From an uncultured Leptospiraceae bacterium (GTDB taxonomy: Bacteria; Spirochaetota; UBA4802; UB4802): DNA of 64,000 nucleotides. The stretch spans positions 9,141-73,140 of the forward strand of contig CAYFSO010000004.1 of NCBI GenBank assembly GCA_964345775.1. The letters are read 5' to 3'. Positions 10,339-19,253 of the stretch are shown here, piece by piece. Below the pieces are notes generated by a model. It did not search any database. It saw only the letters and a program-made list of their open reading frames with translations, and was not told the DNA's origin. The translations under genes and the position numbers were made by a program. How positions within the stretch are numbered: position 1 is the stretch's first letter; each line of letters opens with the position of its first letter.

Positions 10339-11729
10339 TGCGAACCTTCCAGACGTATTACGATCAGAAGATTGTCAAAAGAATCGCTCTTTTCGGACAC
10401 CGGCATCATGTCAACAATGGAACGGGTTATCCTGTCCAGCGATTGAGAAGCCTTCTTTTCCAAAAGTTTGGCAACTTCATCCCTGTGCATTTCAATGTAT
10501 TCCATGAAGGGAACACATCCCATGAACAGGAGGTCACCTTCTTTCAACTGCACTTTCTCAACTGCCCCTTTTTTGGGTTTCAGCTTCTTCAAACGTTTCG
10601 TCTTTTTTCCGGAATACACAAATGGATTTGAATGGTTATGACAGCTCACCTGCAACTCGCCTGCCTGTGTAAGCATGGCATGGCATACCGACAATTCCTC
10701 GTCCATGATGTCAGCATCTTTTATGGTTTTCTGCAGTTTCTTTATACAATGCGACGGGGACAGGTGCATACGGGCATAACTGTGCAGCAGCGACTGCACC
10801 GACGGCATGTGAAGAGAGACCAGGGCAAGGCTGCCCAGCATATGAAATGACGAAATACGAACATCATCCGAATCCCCCTGGTTGACAAAGAGATCGAAGA
10901 ATTCACGGGAACTGAGTGATCGGGACTGGTGATGCACCCGGACATTTACGGTGCCGTATTTCAGCGAAGTCTCTGGCACGAAACGTTGTTGAATACGCAT
11001 GGCCAGCTCGTATTCTTTTTCAAGTTCCTTTTTCTGCACGATCTCTTTGAAGAAGAAACCATTCACTGTCAATGTGGCGATCTTCGAGGCAAAGGCCTTG
11101 AGCAGCATGATCTCCCGCTGCGAGAGCCTTCGTTTCAGGTCACCGATAATGATGAGGCCCAGGAATATATCATGGAAGTATATGGGAATCACCACCTCGC
11201 CATCCAGTTTCTCGATCTCATGGATAATGGCACGCTCGAAATGTATTCCCTCGTTAAGCTGGCTCTTGATAATAACATCATCGGCTCCCCGTATAACCTT
11301 GAACAGTATGTTATCATTCTCGATGTTTGCCTTGCGGATAACCCTTTTGCGCCTGTCCTTCTGGTAAAAGATGGTATACTCGTCCCTGTCATGGTAATAG
11401 AAAAGCAGCAGGCCATACCGCACATGTATGCAGTTCAATATCTGGTCGAATATAGACTTGATCATGGCATCAAAGGATTCAATGGCAAGTATAGAATCCA
11501 CGGCCTGGATGTACAGGTCCATGTAGCGAACCGGTGAAACCTGGGTTTCTATTTTGTGAGAAAGATAGGTAAACAGTGGCAGGACGGTGATCGTAAGCAG
11601 CACCATGAACAGGATGAACGCATGGCCCTCGTAGCCTGCCATGTGTACTATCCACGTGGTGGCAAAAATGATACCGATGAATACCACGTGAATCGATGGA
11701 ATATAGAGGTTCTGGATTATTCTTTTCAT
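10335..11729 (-). CDS. Membrane GAF-like / degenerate SpoIIE(PP2C)-like protein (probable pseudophosphatase)
   Basis: 464 aa. Two N-terminal TM helices and a GAF-like middle (GEVVIPIYFHDIFLGLIIIGD). The C-terminal region aligns with SpoIIE domains (ELAMRIQQRFVPE...) but the metal-binding motifs are replaced. It has ISSFHMLGSLAL where ADxSGHG is expected and LLFMGCVPF where FTDG is expected. 4-nt overlaps with both neighbours. Confidence 0.65.
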   Translation of the reverse strand: MKRIIQNLYIPSIHVVFIGIIFATTWIVHMAGYEGHAFILFMVLLTITVLPLFTYLSHKIETQVSPVRYMDLYIQAVDSILAIESFDAMIKSIFDQILNCIHVRYGLLLFYYHDRDEYTIFYQKDRRKRVIRKANIENDNILFKVIRGADDVIIKSQLNEGIHFERAIIHEIEKLDGEVVIPIYFHDIFLGLIIIGDLKRRLSQREIMLLKAFASKIATLTVNGFFFKEIVQKKELEKEYELAMRIQQRFVPETSLKYGTVNVRVHHQSRSLSSREFFDLFVNQGDSDDVRISSFHMLGSLALVSLHMPSVQSLLHSYARMHLSPSHCIKKLQKTIKDADIMDEELSVCHAMLTQAGELQVSCHNHSNPFVYSGKKTKRLKKLKPKKGAVEKVQLKEGDLLFMGCVPFMEYIEMHRDEVAKLLEKKASQSLDRITRSIVDMMPVSEKSDSFDNLLIVIRLEGSQ

Positions 11730-12340
11730 ATACTCCCTGTTACCTGTTCAAGGTCATCCAGAATGGATGCAAACAGTTCATCCTCCGTTAATCTACCATC
11801 AAGCACCAGGAAACTTTCATCTGCCAGATGAAGGTAATTTTCGCGTACCCGCTCCAAAAATTGCTTCTTCTCGAATATTTCTTCCTTTCCGGGATCCCGT
11901 GCTGCAACCCGGCCCAGGGCTGTATCCGGATCGATATCAATGAGGTATACCCTGTCGGGAACAGGAAAATCCCTTTCCCTGTTCATATCAACTATCTGCA
12001 TGGGACTGTATTTCTTACCACCCTGGTAAGCAGCCGTTGAATAATAATACCTGTCCAGTATCACCAGCATTCCCTTTTCGATGGAAGGGATTATATTCGT
12101 TTTTACATCGTATTCCCGGTCAAGGATGAAAAGCTCCAGCTGATGCTCAACGTCCGCGTGGAAACTGCCATTAAGCATTTCCCTTATTTTCTTCCCCCAC
12201 GGCCCCCCGGTTGGCTCCTGCAGCAAAACCGCGGGGATATGTTTTTTTTCACAGTAGCTGAAAAGAAGCCTGGCCTGCGTGGATTTACCTGAACCATCAA
12301 TACCCTCGAACAGGATGAACAATGGCAGATCCAGTTTCAT
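11726..12340 (-). CDS. tmk: Thymidylate kinase
   Basis: 204 aa. P-loop FILFEGIDGSGKSTQARLL and LID/NMP-binding region DRYYYSTAAYQG. The start overlaps the pgi stop by 4 nt. Confidence 0.9.
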   Translation of the reverse strand: MKLDLPLFILFEGIDGSGKSTQARLLFSYCEKKHIPAVLLQEPTGGPWGKKIREMLNGSFHADVEHQLELFILDREYDVKTNIIPSIEKGMLVILDRYYYSTAAYQGGKKYSPMQIVDMNRERDFPVPDRVYLIDIDPDTALGRVAARDPGKEEIFEKKQFLERVRENYLHLADESFLVLDGRLTEDELFASILDDLEQVTGSI

Positions 12341-13734
12341 ACAATGTACTTGTCGTCCTTTTTGTACCCCCGGTCAAACTTCTGCTTGAACTCGTCAAAA
12401 CCCGGCCGCTCGAGAAGCCCGAAAGTAAACTTTTTGCCTATCTCAACAGCAGGCTGATCAAAGGGATTTATATTGTAGAGATATCCCGCGTAAGCCGTCT
12501 GCATCTCCAGGAACATGACCAGTTCCCCAATCGAGGTTGCGTTAAGCCTGTCAAGCATAAGTGCAGCACTTGGGCGACCTGCTTCCTTGAGTGCCAGCTC
12601 GGTAGCAGATTCTTCGAAACCGTTCAGCTTTCTCAGGCTTTTACGGGAAAGGTAGTTCATCTCGGGCATGTCATCATAGAATTCAGGGATGGTAACGTCA
12701 CTATCAAATTCGTTCAGCTTAAGAAAGGTGATCACCTTGTCATTGGGCCCCTCCAGGTAAAGCTGCAACTGCGAATGCTGGTCAATGGTACCAAGGGCGG
12801 CCACGGGTGTCAGCCCGGTCATTACCTCGTTGTTATTAACGTCATACCTTTTACCCAGCGATTCAGCCCACAGCTGCCGGTACCAGTCGGCGAAGAGAGA
12901 AAGCTTCCTGGTATAGGGCATCAGCACGTTGATACGCTTGTTCTTGCGAATATCAAAAAGATAATGGAATGTTGCATTCAGCAGGGGAGCATTATGGAAG
13001 AGGGATTTCCCTGAATACTTTTCAATAATATTTCGAGCACCGGCAAGCAGGCCCTCCGCGTCTATTCCAATAAACTCAGCCATGACCAGCCCAACCGCTG
13101 AAAGAACGGAAAAACGTCCTCCCACGTTTGAAGGTACCGGGAACGTAGCAAAACCTTCCTCCTCTGCCACTTTACGAAGCACACCTTTTTGAGGATCAGT
13201 TATAGCCACGATGTGCTCCCTGTACCTGTCACCAACCGCCTTTTTCAACGCGTCAAGCATGATGGCAAAATTTGCGTTCGTTTCCGTTGTGCCGCCTGAT
13301 TTTGAAATGACCAGGAAAATGGTCCGTGACACGTCAATCACGTCCTCCATTGAATGGATCTCGTAGGGGTCAACGTTATCAAAGAAGTACACCCTGTACC
13401 GTCCCTTTCTCTGTTCGTCGCTCAGCTCATTCAGGTAGAGATGTGACAGGGAATTCTTCAATGCCTGGGGCCCCAGTGCCGAACCGCCGATGCCCACCAC
13501 GGCGATTGTATTGAACCGGTCACCGCACCTGTCCCTGAATGCACGAATGGAAGGAACCATATCTTCGTCGTAGGGAACCTCCAGGAAGCCAAGGTCTCCC
13601 CGCTTTTTTTCCTCTGCCATCCGGGAATTTGCCTTTTCTGTCAACTGGGATACCGTGTCAAGTTCTTCAGGGGATATTCCGTGTTCATCACCCACATGAT
13701 GGTTCATCAGGTAATTGTAATCGAAGGTAATCAT
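12337..13734 (-). CDS. pgi: Glucose-6-phosphate isomerase
   Basis: 465 aa. PGI/SIS motifs VVGIGGSALGPQAL, LVISKSGGTTETNANF and VGGRFSVLSAVGL. Confidence 0.9.
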   Translation of the reverse strand: MITFDYNYLMNHHVGDEHGISPEELDTVSQLTEKANSRMAEEKKRGDLGFLEVPYDEDMVPSIRAFRDRCGDRFNTIAVVGIGGSALGPQALKNSLSHLYLNELSDEQRKGRYRVYFFDNVDPYEIHSMEDVIDVSRTIFLVISKSGGTTETNANFAIMLDALKKAVGDRYREHIVAITDPQKGVLRKVAEEEGFATFPVPSNVGGRFSVLSAVGLVMAEFIGIDAEGLLAGARNIIEKYSGKSLFHNAPLLNATFHYLFDIRKNKRINVLMPYTRKLSLFADWYRQLWAESLGKRYDVNNNEVMTGLTPVAALGTIDQHSQLQLYLEGPNDKVITFLKLNEFDSDVTIPEFYDDMPEMNYLSRKSLRKLNGFEESATELALKEAGRPSAALMLDRLNATSIGELVMFLEMQTAYAGYLYNINPFDQPAVEIGKKFTFGLLERPGFDEFKQKFDRGYKKDDKYIV

Positions 13735-13831
13735 ATATTCACTCTCCAGGACAAATTTTCATTTTTAAGGATAATACAGTTTCTCGTCCCAGAAGGGACT
13801 TCTGCATACATGTACAACAGGAACTATAAAA

Positions 13832-13858
13832 ATTATACTGTGAACGGCAAGTTGTCAA
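13832..13858 (-). promoter_or_regulatory. Candidate sigma70-type promoter for the pgi operon
   Basis: The minus strand reads TTGACA-N15-TATAAT immediately after the tsaC stop. Both hexamers are consensus but the spacer is short (15 nt). Confidence 0.35.
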
Positions 13859-13872
13859 TCACAATTGCAGGA

Positions 13873-14841
13873 TCAGCCGGCAGTCCTGGCCGCAGCCTTT
13901 CGCAACCTGTCCATAATGGCCCTGCCAAGTCCTTCCTCGGGCACTTTCTGCGCGTATATACACGTCAGCCCCATTCCGTCAAGCCTGTGCAGGCAGTCAA
14001 AAAGCCTTGCCGCGGCCTTTCGAAGCGAGCCTTCGGGTGAAAGCACCTCGACCGGGGATAAGGCTGTATCCATATCAGGCACGGTGAATGCCAGGATACC
14101 CTGATGCGATGACAGGTTTTGTATTTCATCTATTGCATCCACCAGTATTACAGGTGTTGAAGGTGAGTAATGATAGGGAAGCTGTCCGGGAGCCTGTGGA
14201 TCACCTGTTTTTTCTTTCTCGTACAGTTTCCCGGTGACATCCTCTATATTCTCCGCGGGCAGCCCCCCGTGCCGAAGAACGGTGCAACCCGACTCATCCA
14301 TTCCAACAATGGTTGACTCCACTCCAACGGCACATGGGCCACCGTCAAGTATCATATCCACCCTGTTACCCAGCTGACGCGCCACGTGGGCCGCGCTTGT
14401 GGGGCTGATGTAGCCAAAAGGGTTGGCACTGGGCGCTGCAAGCGGGGTACCTGATTCGCCAATAAGCCGGCGGGCAATGTCATGGGCAGGCATACGTATT
14501 CCAACCGTGTCAAGTCCGGCAGTCACGATATCGGGCACATTCCCGGATTTCGGGAGCACCATGGTGAAGGGACCCGGCCAGAATCGGTGCGCACATTCAC
14601 GTCCCACACCAGGGATGCTGGCAGCAACCATGTCAAGCTGCTGTATATCACCAATATGCACGATAAGCGGATCGAAAAACGGACGCTGCTTGGCTTCGAA
14701 AATACGGGCCACCGCCTCGGGATTGAACGCGTCGGCCCCCAGTCCGTACACCGTCTCGGTGGGAAAGGCCACTATCCCGCCATCCCTGATCACACCTGCA
14801 GCACGACGTATGTTCTCTTCTGTTGCTGGTAAGGGTTTCAT
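13873..14841 (-). CDS. tsaC: L-threonylcarbamoyladenylate synthase (Sua5/YwlC-type TsaC, with C-terminal Sua5 domain)
   Basis: 322 aa. YrdC-domain motifs FPTETVYGLGADAFN and APSANPFGYISPTS, followed by a ~110-aa C-terminal Sua5-like domain. Confidence 0.85.
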   Translation of the reverse strand: MKPLPATEENIRRAAGVIRDGGIVAFPTETVYGLGADAFNPEAVARIFEAKQRPFFDPLIVHIGDIQQLDMVAASIPGVGRECAHRFWPGPFTMVLPKSGNVPDIVTAGLDTVGIRMPAHDIARRLIGESGTPLAAPSANPFGYISPTSAAHVARQLGNRVDMILDGGPCAVGVESTIVGMDESGCTVLRHGGLPAENIEDVTGKLYEKEKTGDPQAPGQLPYHYSPSTPVILVDAIDEIQNLSSHQGILAFTVPDMDTALSPVEVLSPEGSLRKAAARLFDCLHRLDGMGLTCIYAQKVPEEGLGRAIMDRLRKAAARTAG

Positions 14842-14942
14842 TTATGAATATCTTCCGTAATCAAAGTACTAAAAAAACATACCAGTGCATGTAATCCAGC
14901 ACAGGCGGCATGTCAACCAGCAAAATAATATTATTACTTCAG

Positions 14943-14972
14943 TTGACATGTCAAATATCACTCTCGTATACT
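14943..14972 (+). promoter_or_regulatory. Strong sigma70-type promoter for the 15010 OMP gene
   Basis: TTGACA (14943-14948), an 18-nt spacer, then TATACT (14967-14972). An AGAGGA SD lies 7-8 nt before the ATG at 15010. The -35 sits inside the 12-bp perfect palindrome TTGACATGTCAA. Confidence 0.5.
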
Positions 14973-15009
14973 GATGTCATCACACTTATCATAAAAGAGG
15001 ACAGCACCA

Positions 15010-15504
15010 ATGACAACCTTCATCAGTAAAACGCTATCACCATGTATAATCACCGTTTCCATCATTATATTATTCTCATCGGCCTCCTTTGCTATCGGCA
15101 ACAATGGTTTTGGAATTGGCTTCGTGCTTGGCGATCCTTCGGCAATTACCATGAAATATTTTATCAACCATCAACATGCCGTTGATGCCGGGATAGGTGA
15201 CGCGGCCGGTGACGGGTTCTACCTTTACGGGGATTACCTTCTGCATTTCCCGGGCATTATACCGGTTGAACGGTTCACGCTGTACCTTGGCGGAGGCGCA
15301 GCATTTCACAACTTCGAAAAAAATCGGAGACACGAAGATGACGTGGATGAGAACCGGATCGAGGCACGTATGCCGGTGGGGGTGGAGTTTGAAACCCCTG
15401 AAATACCCCTTGGCATATTTCTCGAGATCGTACCGGCAATGCGTCTGTCACCTGATGTAGACTTTGAACTGCGTGCCGGTCTTGGCATGCGATACTTTTT
15501 CTGA
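15010..15504 (+). CDS. Small outer-membrane beta-barrel-like protein
   Basis: 164 aa. Signal peptide (...ILFSSASFA). Alternating-hydrophobic strand pattern rich in G/Y/F. C-terminal GLGMRYFF is typical of OMP barrels. Confidence 0.6.
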   Translation: MTTFISKTLSPCIITVSIIILFSSASFAIGNNGFGIGFVLGDPSAITMKYFINHQHAVDAGIGDAAGDGFYLYGDYLLHFPGIIPVERFTLYLGGGAAFHNFEKNRRHEDDVDENRIEARMPVGVEFETPEIPLGIFLEIVPAMRLSPDVDFELRAGLGMRYFF

Positions 15505-15714
15505 TTATTGCACACCCTCCTGGTTGAAAAACTCGCTGTATTCCATATCTTCACCCATAATATGGACGTGAAGCCAGTCAACCATGAAGGCCAAAAATTC
15601 CAGCATATCCATGTTCCCTGTTTTATGATCAGCCAGGTATCCGTTTACCTTTTTTTTCAAGGCTTCATGCTGATTTATATGCTGCTCATCTATGGATGGG
15701 ACTTTCACGCTCAA
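15505..15714 (-). CDS. Short hemerythrin-like metal-binding protein (about half the normal length)
   Basis: 69 aa with a TTG start preceded by GGAG. Contains IDEQH...QHEAL...FLAFMVDWLHVHIMGEDMEY, which matches the hemerythrin IDxQH and WLxxHIxxxD signatures. The central HFxxEE helix is missing. Confidence 0.5.
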   Translation of the reverse strand: MSVKVPSIDEQHINQHEALKKKVNGYLADHKTGNMDMLEFLAFMVDWLHVHIMGEDMEYSEFFNQEGVQ

Positions 15715-15777
15715 CGCATCACTCCAGCTAAAAAGTGCCGTAACTCCTCCAGCATTATTATGATATGTTAAAAGAAC

Positions 15778-18105
15778 TTATTGGGCAGGTTCCTTTTCCC
15801 CGTCCTGGATATATCCCCACTGTTTCAGAAGGGTATGCATTTCACTGGATATCCTGTTCTCCGCTGCCACCTGTCGTATGCCTCCCTGTACCGGCACGTG
15901 CCAGAATGCAGCTCCAGGTTCGGCCAGAGAAAGCATCTCCCCGGGGGGCACACCCTGCAGCATTTTTTGGGAGGGATCAAGGTGAAAGGTTGAGGCGGGG
16001 TATCCGTGCACCGGCAACAGGTATTCACCTGTGAGAACTGTTGTTCTCCTCCCCGTGGAAAGAACGGTTCTGGCATCTGCCGGAATGGTCTGGTATACTA
16101 TGCGGTCACCCTTCTTCAGTCTGAACCTGTACAGCTTCCTGTTTACGCGCGAGAGAACTGACTCATTACCTGTAACTTCAGCATCATAGATAAAGCCGGT
16201 TGGAGCGAATATTGATCCACTGAGATCTGATCCCGCAGCCATTATCACGTTATCCGGCTGTTTAAACCGCATGCGGTGCAGATGCTCACGCATCTCGCGT
16301 ACCTTTTCGGGCATTCGAGGTGCCAGGTTATTCAGTTCAAGTGGGTCTTCCCTGCAATTATACAGCTCTGAATACTCATTCACCAGATGCCCTCCCCAGT
16401 GCCATGGCCTTGTGCCGAATCCGTAAAAACGCTCGGCGTATTTCCAGCCATCAATTCGAACCGAGTACATTTTTCTGCCCTCCGAATACAGTGGCAGGTT
16501 CTTTTTTAATTTCCCTTTCATCATGGGAACAAGTGATGTACCCGAGTAATTTTCCGGGACCTGCATGCCCAGCATCTCAACCAGGGTAGGTACAATATCA
16601 ATACTGCGCACCTGGTACTTGACCTTTTTATTTTTCGGCCCTTTCTGCTTTACCGGTTTTATTATAAGTGGCGTATGCAGTTCTTCATCATACTGCGTCT
16701 GCCCATGACTGAAAATTGCCAGCCGGTCAGTATAAGGACTTATCGAGTGCTGGGGATGAAAGACTTCACCATGATCAGAAGTGATTACGATGATCGTATT
16801 ATCATACAGGCCGAGCGTCTTCAGGGTCTCAATAACCTTACCAATATGATCATCAGAATAGGCTACTTCCCCGAGGTACCGGTTGAACCAGCCGTGGTAT
16901 CCTCCTTCCAACCCCCTGGTTTTCTTACGGTATTCAGGTGGAGGAATGTAATGGCTGTGAGGAGCATTGTAGTTCACGAAAAGGAAAAAATTCCGATGCC
17001 TGTTCTCTCTCAGCCAGGAAACCACCTCACCGGTAATATCCCGTGTATCTTCACACTGTGTCTGGTACTCTGATAGTTCATCAAAGCCCAGGTCTACACC
17101 AATTCCGCTGTAATCCAGCATGAACGCGTTATTACCGATTGACGCAGTTACAAACCCCTTTTGTTTCAGCAGCATGTTAACGGGGAGGACACCACTTTTC
17201 CTGTAAAAATATTTCTTTTCAGCACTGCTGACCATGAATCCGTAGAAGTTGATCCCTGTGGATGAACCCTGTGTTGATGCCAGCATGGCAATTGTGGCAG
17301 GCCTTGTCCAGTTCGACACGCTGAAATGCCTCGTGAACACCACCCCTTCCCTGGCAACGGCATCCATAGCCGGCGTTATATCATATTTCGGAACAACGCA
17401 CTGCACCGCATCAGCCCGCATGGCGTCGACACATATAAACACAACCGACGGCATGGAGGTATCACCACTTACACGGTTAAATACGCGCGGGATCCCCATG
17501 AAGCAATGCTCAATGTGCCTTGATGAGCTTTTAAAAGACACCTCCAGGCGAGACTTATCTGAATGCGGCGGCAGCTGAACGGTACAATCGCTCCATTCCT
17601 TTACGGGGATACCGTCCCCGTCCGTACCACTTCTTTCCAGGGCAGTCTTTCTATCTCCGTCAACCAGGAATAGTTTCAGTTTACCATTTATACTTTTACC
17701 CCGGGATTTCAGCCCTGCAAGGCTGAAGGTAAGGGTTGAATGATCATCGAATCCGGGCAACGGAAGTGTGAATGTACATGGCTCATTATTCGAAGAACCA
17801 AGATAATAGGCTTTTTTCATGTGGAACCACATCTTCTGGCTGTCCATTTCAAAGGTAACCCGAAGAAGAGGGGTATTATCATCTTCACGAGGGTCCCTGA
17901 AAATTTTTGGGTCCACCGTGACCATTGCGATCTTCTGCTGAAGCCTTTCATCATCATACACGGCCTCATCGGCCAGCAAAGACAGGTCTGCCAGCAATTG
18001 CTCAGCATATTCACCACCGGACCCGCCGGTACAGGAGGCCAGCATGGGCACAACAAAGAATAGCAAACCCATCAACACGCAATGTAGTTTATACCGTACT
18101 GTCAA
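15778..18105 (-). CDS. Sulfatase-family (alkaline-phosphatase superfamily) lipoprotein with ~210-aa N-terminal extension
   Basis: 775 aa. Lipobox VVPMLASC. Metal-site motif VVFICVDAMRAD and the ITSDHGE motif. At the position of the C/S-x-P-x-R formylglycine motif it reads S-N-W-T-R, so the substrate and nucleophile are uncertain. Confidence 0.7.
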   Translation of the reverse strand: MTVRYKLHCVLMGLLFFVVPMLASCTGGSGGEYAEQLLADLSLLADEAVYDDERLQQKIAMVTVDPKIFRDPREDDNTPLLRVTFEMDSQKMWFHMKKAYYLGSSNNEPCTFTLPLPGFDDHSTLTFSLAGLKSRGKSINGKLKLFLVDGDRKTALERSGTDGDGIPVKEWSDCTVQLPPHSDKSRLEVSFKSSSRHIEHCFMGIPRVFNRVSGDTSMPSVVFICVDAMRADAVQCVVPKYDITPAMDAVAREGVVFTRHFSVSNWTRPATIAMLASTQGSSTGINFYGFMVSSAEKKYFYRKSGVLPVNMLLKQKGFVTASIGNNAFMLDYSGIGVDLGFDELSEYQTQCEDTRDITGEVVSWLRENRHRNFFLFVNYNAPHSHYIPPPEYRKKTRGLEGGYHGWFNRYLGEVAYSDDHIGKVIETLKTLGLYDNTIIVITSDHGEVFHPQHSISPYTDRLAIFSHGQTQYDEELHTPLIIKPVKQKGPKNKKVKYQVRSIDIVPTLVEMLGMQVPENYSGTSLVPMMKGKLKKNLPLYSEGRKMYSVRIDGWKYAERFYGFGTRPWHWGGHLVNEYSELYNCREDPLELNNLAPRMPEKVREMREHLHRMRFKQPDNVIMAAGSDLSGSIFAPTGFIYDAEVTGNESVLSRVNRKLYRFRLKKGDRIVYQTIPADARTVLSTGRRTTVLTGEYLLPVHGYPASTFHLDPSQKMLQGVPPGEMLSLAEPGAAFWHVPVQGGIRQVAAENRISSEMHTLLKQWGYIQDGEKEPAQ

Positions 18106-18216
18106 TTCAACCTCACCGCAGACATTTGCCGTATTTATTTATCAGTTCATAATTTCTTCAGGATAACATCTGCGTCAAGACATTAATGCCTAAAACGGGT
18201 TGACTTTCATTAACGA

Positions 18217-18960
18217 ATGCTGCACCTATTGAACATGATCATCTTACGGTACATATATATATTCCTCATAATCCTGTTACTGTTATGTGCAATGACCCTT
18301 CACGGCTGTTCCCGCAAGCCGGGCATTCTGCATGAAATAAAACCCCGGCAAAACCCGTATACACAAATGATGGGCAAGAACAAAAACTGTGCACGGATAC
18401 GCACCCGCATGGCTGATGTAGCCATCGAACCCCTGGATAACAGGTCATGGAAGAAACTCCTGGACCATGAAATATTTAGAGGTAAAGAGGGGAATATTCA
18501 GTTTCGCTATCCGCGCCTCTATTTTTTCAAACTTATCATACATAATAACACCTCCCGGCCTGTTAACCTGGACAGGGTACTATTAAAGGCCGGGGACGAG
18601 GAATTTCACTCGCTTTCCACCAGTGATGTGAAAAAAAAATGTGCTTCGCCAGCGTATTCGGTTTTTAATTTCAAGGCCATGTTATCACAGTACAGGGTAT
18701 TGACCGACAAAGTCTGCATGGATAAGATTGATCTCAGCAGGGAGATCATATTTACCAGGTACCAGTTCATCCCCCCGGGGGACTCAATACTGCGGCTGGT
18801 AGCGTTTCCATGGATCCCCGTGCAGTACCGTGAATTCGTCGTGTCCGTAGAACTTCGAAATGCTGCTGATAAAAAAATCGTTGATTTCACAATGGATAGG
18901 CTGGAGTATAGGACACGAGGATCACATTTCAGGTCACCTTCAGGAGAAAAACAGCCATGA
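18217..18960 (+). CDS. Hypothetical lipoprotein
   Basis: 247 aa. Hydrophobic N-terminus ending in the lipobox-like MTLHGC. The stop overlaps the gatC start (ATGA). No family recognised. Confidence 0.55.
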   Translation: MLHLLNMIILRYIYIFLIILLLLCAMTLHGCSRKPGILHEIKPRQNPYTQMMGKNKNCARIRTRMADVAIEPLDNRSWKKLLDHEIFRGKEGNIQFRYPRLYFFKLIIHNNTSRPVNLDRVLLKAGDEEFHSLSTSDVKKKCASPAYSVFNFKAMLSQYRVLTDKVCMDKIDLSREIIFTRYQFIPPGDSILRLVAFPWIPVQYREFVVSVELRNAADKKIVDFTMDRLEYRTRGSHFRSPSGEKQP

Positions 18961-19253
18961 AAATAGACAGCAGTGTTATTAACAGGGTATCAGAACTGGC
19001 AAGGCTTGAACTGTCAGAACAGGAGAAGGAAGAATTTTCCAGGCAGCTTTCAGAAATAATTGAATACGTTGAAAAGATCAACCAGCTGGATACTGCGAGC
19101 GTGGATCCCGCGGATCATATCGTCCCCCTCTCCAATGTTTTCAGGGAAGACAGTGTGCACAATTCACTGCCGCAGAAAGCCCTTGAAGAGATTGCTCCCC
19201 GTTTCGAAGATGGACACGTAGTAGTACCACGCATCATAGAGGAGATGGAATGA
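18957..19253 (+). CDS. gatC: Asp/Glu-tRNA(Asn/Gln) amidotransferase subunit C
   Basis: 98 aa. VSELARLELSEQEKEEFSRQLSEIIEYVEKINQLDT..VDP is the typical GatC pattern. Confidence 0.85.
   Translation: MKIDSSVINRVSELARLELSEQEKEEFSRQLSEIIEYVEKINQLDTASVDPADHIVPLSNVFREDSVHNSLPQKALEEIAPRFEDGHVVVPRIIEEME

Noticed and set aside
12322-13014. Long antisense ORFs, for example 12322-13014, 36847-37620, 52232-52993, 63003-63764, 50209-50841 and 5847-6602.
   Set aside because: Each lies entirely within a confidently identified gene on the other strand. Their compositions (Arg/His/Pro/Val-rich) are typical of reverse-frame translation, and none shows a domain motif or SD.
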